From NCBI RefSeq assembly GCF_006345805.1, contig NC_043004.1:52948001-53012000 (forward strand): 64,000 nt of DNA, read 5' to 3'. This stretch comes from Octopus sinensis (taxonomy: Eukaryota). Shown here piece by piece: positions 30,105-42,831 of the stretch. Each line of letters starts with the position of its first letter. The stretch's first letter is position 1. Position numbers and translations under genes: made by a program. Below the pieces are notes generated by a model. That model saw nothing but the letters and a program-made list of their open reading frames with translations. It was not told the DNA's origin and did not search any database.

Positions 30105-31190
30105 AACAAAATAGAACATATGCATATATATAAACATATATGTACGTACCTACCTCTACATGTACATATACACGCATATATGTGTACAGGACACCAAAAA
30201 GACGTCGAACACATAGAGAGACGAAACACATAGACACAAACCAAGGAACAAGACAAGCAAAAAAGAAAAAAAAAAAGGAGAGATACAGGACAATAAGCAC
30301 AACGAAAAATCCCCTTCTTCAGTCGCTAAGATTTCATCTACTAAACGTTTCGAAGGATAAAAGCGAGACGTATACTTCGAAGAAAAATTCCTTCCGCGAA
30401 AAGCAAATCAATTAAAATTCTGAGATCTTTTCGCAGAGGGGTAAAAAAAAGCAAAACGGTAACGACAGTACAAACATATAAACAGTAAAAAATATATATA
30501 TAAACAGTGGAAAAATAAATATATAACAGTGAGAGACAGGACAAGGAGAACAAGATAAGAAGGGCTGTTAACGCCAGACGAAAAAGTATTGCAAACGCTG
30601 GATTATCGTGGAAGACGAGAGAGGGAAAATTTGTCGACCAGAAGCCTTACAAGGCGGGCGAGAAAGGACAGGATAGCAGTTACGACGGAAGTATCGTCGC
30701 AGATGGATGACGGGAATGGGGGAGGAGGAGCAAGAGGAAGAGAGAGAAGAAGGGGAATGGTGCGAGGAGACCATGAAGAATGGTGAAAGGGAGAGAGAGA
30801 ATGAAGAATGAGAGAGAGAGGAAGAGACAAGTTAAGTGAGGGAAAAAAAGACGAAAAAGGGAATGGGAGAGAAAGAAAGAAAGATGCAGAGTCGCGTGAG
30901 AGTTAATATCAAGGCTAACTTGATAAACAGAACAATCTTACTTAATAGGGTGCGTGCGTTTAGTCGTATAATATGTTAATAAAATAGAACATATGCATAT
31001 ATATAAACATATATGTACGTACCTACCTCTACATGTACATATACACGCATATATGTGTACAGGACACCAAAAAGACGTCGAACACATAGAGAGACGAAAC
31101 ACAGACACAAACCAAGGAACAAGACAAGCAAAAAAAAAAAAAAAAAAAAAAAAAAGGAGAGATACAGGACAATAAGCACAACGAAAAATA
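30103..31190. mobile_element. ~1.1-kb element bounded by ~205-bp direct repeats
   Basis: TTAA.AAAATAGAACATATG...GGACAATAAGCACAACGAAAAAT at ~30103-30309 and ~30976-31190; both outer ends abut (TA)n. Confidence 0.8.
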
Positions 31191-32153
31191 TATATATATA
31201 CATACATACATACAATTTTTTTAACAGTAAATTTGACTCACAGATGTTTATACGTTCGATATTGATAGGTTTACTAAATAGGCCCATTGATCCTTTCAGA
31301 AAAATTGAACGGCCTACAAAATTAATGCTACCGTCTTTAGAGTAATTGCTGATCACGGCCAAGTAGAAAATTGAATTAATAGTGCAGGCATGGGGAGAGG
31401 GGAGGGGGAAAGAGGCAATTAGAATAAGTAAGCTGTAAGTGGAAGAGAGAGAAAAAGGAAAGGGAAGACAGGCGATGTTTTCGAAAAGAAAGACTAAAGT
31501 GAAAAAAATGAAAAGAAGAAGGAATAGAAAGAATAGAGAAAGAGAGTCATTCAATAGAAAAAGAGTATGACTAGCATATGTACTTTTGGCTTCATCTCCC
31601 CGCCGAACTGGATTTTGTCATAACCTCTTCCAAGCTCAACAACGCTATGCATACATACTAGGGTCTATATAATCAGCTGACCCACTCCTGTAAATATTCC
31701 TGATGTCAAGTTCCAATTAGAAATTGTGATATATATATATATATATATATACATACATATACACACACGTTCCTATATCTAATCTTCGGATAAAAAAATT
31801 TATACAAGGCCAACGTCAATTGATGTTTCCATAATTTCTTACTAGACAACCTGCACAGATGGTTCCTTTACTGATGTCCCATCTTTGTACTGTTCACTAA
31901 ACTACCTCCCTTCGTCAAATGGACATTACCTGCAGAGATGCCCGATGGGTTACATTTCGGGCGTTAAAGTGACCGCAGTGCAGCGTCAGGTAAAAGGTTT
32001 TGCTTCAGAACACTGTGCACCGCCCTATTCGGTAATCGAAACTTCCATTTCGTGACTGTGAGTACATCCTGACCATTACAGTACATACTCTCGAATAGAC
32101 ATTTATCATATATAACTGCGTGTGTCAGGGTTTGTACGTATGAATAAGTAACG

Positions 32154-32221
<68 letters not shown>

Positions 32222-32236
32222 AATATATATATATAT

Positions 32237-32630
32237 AGGCGCAGGAGTGGCTGTGTGGTAAGTAGCTTGTTTCCCAACCACATGGTTCCGGGTTCATTCC
32301 CACTGCGTAGCACCTTGGGCAAGTGTCTTCTACTATATCCTCGGGCCGACCAAAGCCTTGTGAGTGGATTTGCTAGACGGAAACTGAAAGAAGCCCGTCG
32401 TATATATGTATATATATGTATGTGCGTGTATGTTTGTGTATCTGTGTTTGTCCCCCAAGCATTGCTTGACAACCAATGTTGGTGTGTTTATGTCCCCGTT
32501 ACTAAGCGGTTCGGCAAAAGAGACCGATAGAATAAGTACTGGGCTTACAAAAGAATAAGTCCCGGTGTCGAGTTGCTCGATTAAAGGCGGTGCTCCAGTA
32601 TGGCCGCAGTCAAAATGACTGAAACAAGTA
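32237..32630 (+). mobile_element. tRNA-derived SINE family 1, full length
   Basis: AGGCGCAGGAGTGGCTGTGTGG (A box), GGTTCATTCC (B box), CCTTGGGCAAG core-like block, A-rich tail. Confidence 0.9.
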
Positions 32631-32638
32631 AAAAAAAA

Positions 32639-32730
<92 letters not shown>

Positions 32731-33989
32731 ATGTGTGTGTGTGTGTACGTGTGTGCGTACGTGTGTGTGTGTGTGTACTTATTTCAATAAACAGGCATTT
32801 AACATATGTCTGCTATACAATCAGTCACTCCCAAGTTATCATCCTATTTAAATTATTCAGAAATTCTATACATACATCAAAAACATTATCAGTAATTCAT
32901 TATCAGTAATATTTTTTACTATTAATGGCACATTTTTTTCAGTCAGCTATTTTATGTTTAATCCATCAAAGAAATTCCTCTAACGTGTCTTTATTTGTAT
33001 CGTATGTTTCCCTGGCTTTCTTCCTCTCTATATGTCGATCTACACGGTTGTCACACTCATTCTACATATATATTCATGATTCCATATAATTATGTACCTT
33101 CTGGAGAAGTTGTATATCAGGTTGCATGCTTTCTTTTATAAACATCTACTTAGAGTAGATCCTTCTGAATTGGTTTCCTTTCCTCTCTTTCATGTTTTCA
33201 AATGTCATAAGGAAGTGTTAGGCATGGGTTACGTAGGCCCTGCGTGGCCGGTAATACTATACCATTCAGGATGACCTTCAATTGTTGCCAGTCGACGGCT
33301 ACTAGAAAACAACTATCAGTATAGTTATTTGTAAAGCGTGAATTTCAGATAACCGATGTAACGTGAAAGGAGAAATAAACTTGAGGTTCAATGTGAGCCT
33401 AAGATGATGCAATATAAGCCGTAAGAAATGGAGAGATGACTGAGGAAAGAGTGCTTGTGTAAAGCTGTCACAAACACAGCCATACTCCAAGGAGCAGACT
33501 CTATATTAGTAGCAAAAGGGAAGGCGGAATATCAAAAGTGCACACTGCCGTCCTGGAGTTGCAATTATCTGTTTACCTCCTTTGGTGACTCTGTAGTTTT
33601 ACATTCCAAATTCCATACTTCCTTTTTTCTGCAATCACCTGTCAGAAATAATCCTACAATGTACAGGTGAAGGCATTATCCGATGGACATTCTATCTCAA
33701 TATGAAAATGTTTCGTATTGGAATTTTAAAATTTCCTGTTAACTAAATTTTATGATGGATCAGCTATGTTGGAACGAACTTAACGCAAATATTGAACAAA
33801 CATTAGATCATTGTTGATTTTAAACTGAGTATCACTAGCTAACCTGATAATGTGATGTTAATCAAATATTGAACAAACGTCCACGTCACTATCACTCTTT
33901 TTAAAATTAAATTTACAAAGATTGCCTTTAAATTTTTACATTGAAACAGCATTTTCATATTGATCAAGTATTATCGATGGATTTTAGAT

Positions 33990-34390
33990 GATTTCATATT
34001 TAACACATTCCCTTTAAAACCCCAACAAATATTATTTTCTTTAGTTGATAACATATTTAATATTTTCCCCTAAAAATACAGCAATTTCATTTTCCATAAC
34101 TGGATTTAATATTTAAGATATTCCCCTTAAAACACCAACTTATTATTATTATTATTTTGCTTTAGTTGATTCCATACTTCACAGTTTCCCTGAGAAACCC
34201 CAGCAATTTCTTTTCGCTTTCCTTCATTTAATATTTAAAATATTTCCTTTAAAGCCTCCACAATTTCTCTGTTTCAGTTGATTTCGTATCTAACATTTCT
34301 CTTTGAAACCCTATAAATTTCTTTTTGCTTTTGATTTAATATTTAAGATATTCCCTTTAAAACACAATAACTCCTCTTTGCTTTACTATT
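33990..34390. repeat. Degenerate minisatellite, ~110-120 bp period with ~55-60 bp subunits
   Basis: ATTTAATATTTAAgATATTcCC(c/t)TTAAA recurs near 33991, 34104, 34227 and 34334. Confidence 0.7.
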
Positions 34391-35329
34391 TAGGTTCTGT
34401 GACATTTTCTTAATGTTCAACGTCGTTATTTTCATTTCTATTTACACAGTGATCTCTCGTTTTAATGCAAAATAACATCAATATTTTACGACTTTGATAT
34501 ATCGTCAAAGAAGATTCATTCTTGTCATCTGTTTATGACATTTAAATCTTCAAACAATTGAAATACACCAAGAAAATGTGACAGAAGAATGAAACAAATT
34601 TTCGATTTTTTTTTCGACGTGTAGATTCCTTAACCTTTGATCAAGTGGCACTTATATGAATACCTAGTTCATTGATTTTTAGAAAATCACCTAATCAATA
34701 ACCTGAACAATACATATTCAATGTTATTTTTTACCTTCCAATTTTATGCAAGAAATACTATTCTTCTGTTTGTCTGCAGATCAACAGTGTTACCAATAAC
34801 GGCGTAGCAGCAGCAGCACTACTAGTAGCATGCACAGAGACCAATAGTGAAATATGGAGAGGATTTTTACCGCCACTGACAATGAATGCACGAAATTAAG
34901 AGACAAGACCATGGCCAACAATGGACCTTAGGGAGAACAGGATGAATACGGACGATTCCAAAGGAATAGAAAGATTGATGGAACGTCAGAAAGTTAAATA
35001 AATAATTAAATAAATAAATGAATAATTAAATAAAATCCACATTCAGGATGTACATAACTACGAAAGACCATAACCAAAAACAAAACCGCACCAGGCATAA
35101 TAAATTAACAATAATAATAACCATAAACATAATAAGTATGATAAATACGAATAAACAAAGCTGAAATAAACATGAGTTAGCATCGAGAACAGGAATAAAA
35201 CAATGATAAAATAATCATGAAAATAATAGTAATAAAAGTAATTTTTGAAGAACAGTTTTCATTGAACTGATGGAGTATGTGAAAGGGATGAACATTGCGA
35301 GCAGTTTAAGGAAGTGGGATTATCGGCTT

Positions 35330-35620
35330 ATTACTCTCAAATGCAACCAACGGACTTGGCCAAATGACTATAATGACTCTACATTGAGTCTGCAAACATA
35401 CCTACTGTACTTAATAATATGCTGAAGAAAGAGGTGAAGCCTTTGGATGTTGGGTTCATTTGCGCGTGGAAGAGATTTAAGGAACTGTGAGAGGAGCTAA
35501 GCTACCTTATAAAGAGATTTGTTAGGGCTAGTAGTAATAGGTCGAATTTTAAGATTTGATCTACTAAGGTAGAAAGTAGGATGCTTAATATTCTTGGCTA
35601 TATTGTTGATGATTTGTTCT
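35330..35620 (-). mobile_element. Ancient Penelope-like RT remnant
   Basis: Minus translation KHPTFYL..KIRPITTSPNKSLYKVA*LLSQFLKSL, then LNVESL*, resembling the PLE P.FY..RPI.S..Y.LA and DV.SL motifs. Confidence 0.45.
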
Positions 35621-36559
35621 CCTTAATTTCAATCATCACGATAAGCTAATCCATTCACCATTAACCAGGAATTCAATCTTATCATTTAATAGACTAAAAG
35701 GGTTCATCTTCAAAATCCTCTGTAAAGACGCGTCTATTTCCATCTTATCTCATTTACATCTGGATTTTAAAGCATTAGATCTAAATATTCTACCCGTATC
35801 CTTTGGACAAAAGAAAGAAACTTCTTGCCTTTACCTATGATCACAGCTATTTAACTGACAGTCAGGGAAAGCAAGTTCCTAGATTCAAGGCATCAACGAA
35901 GTTGGGCCAAAGTTTTCAACTATAGAAATCTCCTTTTCAATGTTAAAGACAGTATTATAAGCAGATATAGACCTGTCATATTAAACAAATGAACCTGAGT
36001 CTCATTATAATCTCAACATTAGGGTCTATTTTTTGTAAATTGTAATAACGTTCATTGGATCCTCCCTCGATTTAGAACCTTAGTGCTTATCTCAGCTGTT
36101 TCAACTATCATCAGCAAGGTCCACCCATAGAATAGAGGTGAATCACCACATAAAGTATCGCATTAGAAGCACACACTGATTTGTCATGCCACATTAACTA
36201 CTACAACAGCTGTTGTCATATTGATTTAGATGCTATCCTTTTGAACTAGCCACAGCTACAGTTAGTGCTAATTCACAAAATATTTCGAGCAACATTCTGA
36301 AATGCGTTGCCAATATCAAAAAAATTTTTTTAGCATCCTTGCTTCTTTTCTTTCTTGTATTTGGGAAGTGTAATTTTCCCGAAAACAAGGTACGTAATTT
36401 TCTAAAATATCTTCTGGTGACGTCTATAGTCGCCTGGGGCTAAATGCATCAGTAACACCCCCACCACCCCGCCCTGTCCCTAGCCACATTCAGATGGCTG
36501 ATCCCGCTTATATTACAGAGCAGTTACTGTTTATACCTCGCTCAGAGATTTATTATTGT

Positions 36560-36617
<58 letters not shown>

Positions 36618-36624
<7 letters not shown>

Positions 36625-37300
36625 AATCAAGGAACGGCCATAATAGGCCATTCACCCACTAGAAATAACAGCCAAAAAGCTTCAACCGCAAAATAACATT
36701 AATTCTGTAAACCAGGAGAAAATTAAAAAAACATTTACCCTGAAATTCCTTATACGATGCACCGTTTCGTCTACTGTTTAATGGTAAACTAACCTGATTA
36801 AATTAAATCAAGCCAATCTACCATAGGCCCTTAGATTCATCAGTAAGGAATAGCCAAATCGGAACAGATATTTTTCACGAGGCATTCACGTCCATGCCTC
36901 GCCAATATCTGACCTAAAATTTTCAAATCGTCGCACTCGCGCCAAATTTATCGGCAGCAAATAAATATAAGCCGCCGATTCCATTACGGAACTAACCAGA
37001 AAATTCATAATTAATCAATATAGGGAGGCAAAAAAATTTTGTAGAATTCTTTTGCCCCCAGCGGCCTAGTGGGAAAAAATTAAATAGTCATAAACCATTT
37101 TTAAGTTCAATATCACAATCAAGGAACGGCCATAATAGGCCATTCACCCACTAGAAATAACAGCCAAAAAGCTTCAACCGCAAAATAACATTAATTCTGT
37201 AAACCAGGAGAAAATTAAAAAAACATTTACCCGTATAAGGAATTTCAGGGTAAATGTTTTTTTAATTTTCTCCTGGTTTACAGAATTAATGTTATTTTGC
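36618..37300. repeat. 123-bp direct duplication (36618-36740 = 37110-37232) followed by an inverted copy forming a 53-bp-arm hairpin
   Basis: Offset 492 bp; arms 37180-37232 and 37248-37300 are perfect with a 15-nt spacer. Confidence 0.9.
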
Positions 37301-37479
37301 ATATGCATATGTGGGTATTGGACGTCACGAACTTCGAGTATATGAACTATTCTTTCGAACAACGAAAGACCCAAATGAAAAATGAAACAAACAACATAAA
37401 GAACGACCCTTCATCATTTGTTGGCTGTTTTCAGTTCTCGTATTTCGAGCGTGTATAATATATACACACATATATATAT

Positions 37480-37941
37480 ATATACACATACGTATACACA
37501 CACACATACATATATATATACACATACGTATACACACACACACATACATATATATATACACATACGTATACACACACACACATACATATATATACACACT
37601 ACGTATACACACACACACATACATATATATATACACATACGTATACACACACACACATACATATATATATACACATACGTATACACACACACACATACAT
37701 ATATATATACACATACGTATACACACACACACATACATATATATATACACATACGTATACACACACACACATACATATATATATACACATACGTATACAC
37801 ACACACACATACATATATATATACACATACGTATAACACACACACATACATATATATAACACATACGTATACACACACACACATACTATATATATACACA
37901 TACGTATACACACACACACATACATATATAATACACATACG

Positions 37942-37960
<19 letters not shown>
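37480..37960. repeat. ~38-bp minisatellite (CATACGTATACACACACACACATACATATATATATACA), ~13 copies
   Basis: Regular recurrence of ACGTATAC; explains the long pseudo-ORFs at 37325-38124. Confidence 0.9.
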
Positions 37961-38011
<51 letters not shown>

Positions 38012-38349
38012 ATATATATAATATATATATATATGTATATATGAATATAAAGAGAGAGTGGGGGGCTTATTGTGAGAGCCTCTTTGAGTGCATTCGATTT
38101 ATTTGGACACATCATAATATACATTTGATATTCCGCCTTGCGACTTAAATGATATAAACTCGGTTGCTATCGTAGTCCTAGATCCATTGTCTGAATAAAC
38201 AATGATGACCATAGTTGAACAGGTTTAGATATAAACTTCCTGGATGAGAGCTGAATGTGGACTCCTCTGCAGCAGCAACAACTGCGTCAACTATAAAAGG
38301 GTTTGGAAAAATAATTCCTCGTAAGGTTTCGCCATAACGATGAGGAACT

Positions 38350-38820
38350 GGAGTAGTAGTAGGAGGAGGAAGAGGAAGCCGAGGAGGGTCATCACTATCA
38401 TCATCATCATCCTCTTCTCCTTGGTCGTCGTCGTCGTCACCTACTCCCCCTCATCCGCCTCCTCCACATCATCATCCTCATGCTCATCACCATCATTATT
38501 ATCATGATCGTCAACAATGACTTGAAATAATGAACCAAAATGAACATTAACGGCATTAAAAGAAAGGCGAATAGCAGTTCCATCAATAATAGCAAAAATA
38601 ACATGAAGAATGATGGAGAACATAACGACAACTGATGCAACACTGATGAAGTATAAACCATCAACGTCGTTGAAATCTCAAACGCAGTAAACAGCACAAA
38701 CAACAACAACAATACCAAAATGAAGAACAATAAGGATGCCATCACCCACCCCCCACCACCACCACCAACACCAACACTACTACCATCAAAAACAAGAACA
38801 ATATTAACAATACCGAACTG
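38350..38820. repeat. Trinucleotide-rich low-complexity region (GAG/CAT/CAA/CAC)
   Basis: Directly visible. Confidence 0.8.
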
Positions 38821-39212
38821 TACGTAGTGAGATGAGGCAGAACGGATAGAATTTAAGGAAATAATATTGATTTTTTTAAAAACTGATAATTAAAATACAA
38901 ACAGCTACAAACAATAAGAACGACAACAGGAACAGCTTCAAAAAATCTGCAAGCACTACAATAAATTCAAGAAGGAAAAAAATATAATAATATAAACTCT
39001 TAAAAGAATAGTCACAACAAATATGGCAACCACTAACAAATCGCTTACAGCAAAAACAAGCCACGAGAAAACGTGAACATGATGAACCAATAAGACATAT
39101 ATAAAAAAATATATAATATAATAAATAACAAAATGAACAGAAACATAGTTACATGGCAAATATCAACAACAGCAATAATTGTGTTTATTTTATTTTTAAA
39201 GTAACCACAGTT

Positions 39213-39600
39213 AGGCGCAGGAGTAGGCTGTGTGGTAAGTAGCTTGCTTACCAACCACATGGTTCCGTGTTCAGTCCCACTGCGTGGCACCTTGGGCAAG
39301 TGTCTTCTACTATAGCCTCGGGTCGACCAAAGCCTTGTGAGTGGATTTGGTAGAGGGAAACTGAAAGAAGCCCGTCGTATATATGTATATATATATGTAT
39401 GTGCGTGTATGTTTGTGTATCTGTGTTTGTCCCCCAAGCATTGCTTGACAACCAATGTTGGTGTGTTTATGTCCCCGTTACTAAGCGGTTCGGCAAAAGA
39501 GACCGATAGAATAAGTCCCGGGATCGATTTGCTCGACTAAAGGCGGTGCCCCAGCATGGCCGCAGTCAAATGACTGAAACAAGTAAAAGCGTAAAAGAGA
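39213..39600 (+). mobile_element. tRNA-derived SINE family 1, full length (uninterrupted reference for the split copy)
   Basis: AGGCGCAGGAGTAGGCTGTGTGGTAAGTAGCTTGCTTACCAACCACATGG...GTTCAGTCCC...; A-rich tail. Confidence 0.9.
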
Positions 39601-39815
39601 GTTATAAAGTAAAAAAAAAAACAATACCAACAATATTTTCTAAAAATGCAAGAATCACCCTACGTACAGAGTTGAAAGAAAATAGTAAGCAAAATCAAAT
39701 CACCAGAAACCACAGCCACGGGAGTATTTAGAAACAGAATCACCAGAATAAACACCACAAATATCAGGATTGCTGTTATATACAGCCACATCAACAAGCC
39801 GTAGGTTGATATCTA

Positions 39816-40035
39816 TAGGAGAGAGTGCTGAAAAGTTCCCGGCTTTAAGGCTGTCGCGAAAGGCCTGATTGGAGGCCCAAACTTCCGAGTTCTTTTACAG
39901 GGCTTAGAGAATCTGAAGGACCGCTGCAATAAGTGTGCGAATCTGAGAGGGGAATATGTTGAATAAAATAATTAATTCATCCTCCTGTATTTTCTTTTAA
40001 CCTACAGCCAGGAACTTTATAGTAACCCCCTCGTA
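39816..40035. mobile_element. Mariner-derived MITE, second copy
   Basis: GTGCTGAAAAGTTCC...CAGCCAGGAACTTT..CCCCTCGTA; homologous to 11641-11842. Confidence 0.8.
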
Positions 40036-40261
40036 TGGTTGATCGACCAGATAGAAATATCAACCAAATTGCACTCATCTCACCCCACTTTTTTTTTTAT
40101 AAAATTACACATTTAAAAATATAGCCTTGAATATATTCGATGTGTATACTATGGAATGGTTATGATTAAAAAGCTTCGATTAAATTACTTCCCGACCAAG
40201 GTGGCCTGAGGCTAAACAGCTACATCATCAGCAGCAAGGCAAGATATCAAACTTCAATATA

Positions 40262-40642
40262 CTCTCTCTTTTTACTCTTTTACTTGTTTCAGTCATTTGA
40301 CTGCGGCCATGCTGGAGCACCGCCTTTAGTCGAGCAAATCGACCCCGGGACTTATTCTTTGTAAGCCTAGTACTTATTCTATCGGCCTCTTTTGCCGAAC
40401 CGCTAAGTGACGGGGACGTAAACACACCAGCATCGGTTGTCAAGCAATGCTAGGGGGACAAACACAGACACGCAAACACACACGCACTTACATATATATA
40501 TATACATATATACGACAGGCTTCTTTTCAGTTTTCCGTCTACCAAATCCATTCACAAGGCTTTGGTCGGCAGGAGACACTTGCCCAAGATGCTACGCAGT
40601 GTGACTGAACCCGGAACCATGTGGTTGGTTAGCAAGCTACTT
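40262..40642 (-). mobile_element. 3' portion of a split SINE family 1 copy
   Basis: Matches the reverse complement of 39238-39600 from AAGTAGCTTGCT onward; its 5' head is at 46326-46363. Confidence 0.9.
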
Positions 40643-42816
40643 TATTTCAAAACATTTGCCATAAAGGCAGTACACAGATTAAGTTAGCTTTGCGGGCTGG
40701 ACGAGGACATTAATGAAGTGAATGATAATGAAAGAAAGATGATAAGGATGGGAGAAGACAAAAAGCGCCCGCCGACTTTCGCTTCTCTAAAACATTGTTC
40801 TTTTTAAAGATAAACACAAAACGAGGTATTAAACCTCTTACAATTTTTCCAATTTTTAGACTTAGCAGTCCATTATTAATAAAAATAAACACAAAACGAG
40901 GTATTAAACCTCTTACAATTTTTCAATTTTTGGACTTAGCAGTCCATTACTAATAATAACAGTTCAATAAATTACATATCGTCCTCGAAATCGCTTGTGA
41001 CCGCGCCCTCCACCATCAACCACGCCTCCCTCAGAACGTAATCAAGTTCCGAGTCAGCGTCGCCCGGGACCAAGCTCCTTTAGCCCAAGCGTCACGTCGA
41101 ACGCCACGGCCTCCACAGCTACCTGCGGAGGCCATTCGGGGTCCTGTGTGAAGGCTAAAGGTGCTCCCTTGTGGTGCTCTTCCATCACTTTTTCAATTTC
41201 TCCTCCTCTATAGAAGAGGACCAATACGTTCAGTTCTTTCGTTGGCGGCACAGTTCCCGCCAACGGTATTCCTTCTCTTGTCGGTGGCACAACCCCAACC
41301 GACGTAGTTCCGGGACATTCCGGTGCTACACTGACAGCCGGTAATGTCCCGTTTTTCTTCCTCTTTTTCTTTTTTCTTCCCTTTTCAACTGAGGGACGGT
41401 GCGTCTCCTCCGTGGCTGGAAGATTTGCCTTCCTCTCCTCATCCCTATTATCCTTTGGTGAGCACCCATTGTTGCTCACCTTCCTCTTTCGGCCTCTGTT
41501 TGAGGAGTCCTCTGCTTTCTCGGCCGTTATCATTCCCTCTTCTAGAGGGGTTTTGCTTAACTGTTCCGGGATCCTATTTTGTTCCCGGGGACAGTTCTTT
41601 ATGTGGCCGGACTCCAAGCACCGATGACAGTTAGGGGGACGACCCTCAAGCATCACCGGGTACCTGCACCCGGCCATTTAAAAAATCTGGAAGAACCAGA
41701 TTGGCTGATTGGGTCCACAGGGTCAGAATTGCTTTTGACCCAACCCAAGCAGCCGCAGGAAGAACTTTTACATTAAGGAGCTTAGTTTCGCTGCCACCCA
41801 GACCCCGGCGGATAGTCTCCTCTATCCACTCGGGTTCTATGTCGGGTGGCAGCCCGCAAATCCAAGCTTTCATCAATTTCTTTTTTTTGTACGTGGGCAG
41901 GAATAAGATTCCCTTACCCTCCAGGGGTTTGCTAGCAAATTTGCAAGCCTCTTCAGGGGTGTCAAATAGCAACCGCACCGTTGCATATTTGACACCCCTG
42001 GAAATGAATTTAATTGTTGGCAAATACTCTTCCAACTCCTTTTCAATTACCGTCTTTTCGAATAGGGCGATGGTGTCGAGTGCCTTGGAGTAGGTTCTCA
42101 ACACCACCGTCCTATCTTCACGGTTTTTTAACCACTTTTTAGGCGGTATGATCTCCCATTCCAAAAGCTTGTTATTTTTCATTGCCATGTTTTTTTTTGT
42201 TTTTTGTTTTTTTTTTAAATGTATTCAGAATAAAACTAAAAAACGAGAAGAAAAGGAAATCCGAAGAAAGTCACAGTGAAAAAGGGAGAGAGTCAAATAA
42301 AGTTAAAGAGAAAGTCAAATAAAGTTAAAAAGAAAGTCAATAACACAGCAAAAACCTTCTGGCCATTTGGTACTCCCGGCCTAAATTGAACCAGGAACGC
42401 ACAACTTCCACAAAAATTGGTGTAAAATTGGTAAAAATTGTTCAAACTCGGAGGCAAAATACTCCCCTATATAGCAGTTTTCACAATTCATAAAAGTTCT
42501 TCACAGCACAATACAATTCTCACAATTACGTGAAAAAAATATTCACTCAATTTATCGAAGATGGATACGCCCCCCAAAAATTTTCTCAGCGAGAAAAATA
42601 TATTTGCCACATGTCGGCAGAATCAGAATTCTGAATCCAGTAGGACTTCCTGCTTGTAAAAAACAATTCTCAACAAAAACTCCCACTGGACCCAGAAAAC
42701 AGAATCTTACCTTACATGGGGCTTCCAAAGTTTTCAATTCAAGACGGCTTCAAAAGCACGTCTTCACCGCTTCAGTGCCAAACACAACACTGACTCGCAC
42801 ATGCGCAGAAGCAACT
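40643..42816 (-). mobile_element. ORF1-only retroelement A (2174 bp)
   Basis: Bounded by 15-bp duplications; ~630-bp 5' UTR, one frameshifted ORF1, ~410-bp 3' UTR ending in hairpin + AATAAA. Confidence 0.85.
41054..42188 (-). pseudogene. L1/Tx1-type ORF1 nucleic-acid-binding protein, element A; frameshift near 41680
   Basis: ORFs 41646-42188 and 41054-41677 join into one homolog of the B protein; EGRPPNCHRCLESGHIKNC knuckle is one residue short (CX2CX4HX3C); basic tail. Confidence 0.75.
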
Positions 42817-42831
42817 GTTAGCAAGCTACTT

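Noticed and set aside
30310-30360. Type II hammerhead from CCTTCGAAACGT and CTGAAGAAGG words (minus)
   Set aside because: Stem I does not close next to the core and stem II needs a mismatch plus wobbles.
37325-38124. Overlapping 185-236 aa ORFs on both strands
   Set aside because: Products of the 38-bp minisatellite.
42225-42330. Polypyrimidine tract ending in TTTTTAG in the A/B 5' UTR (minus) as a splice acceptor
   Set aside because: No convincing donor identified, and an intron would be expected to be lost during retrotransposition; needs RNA data.
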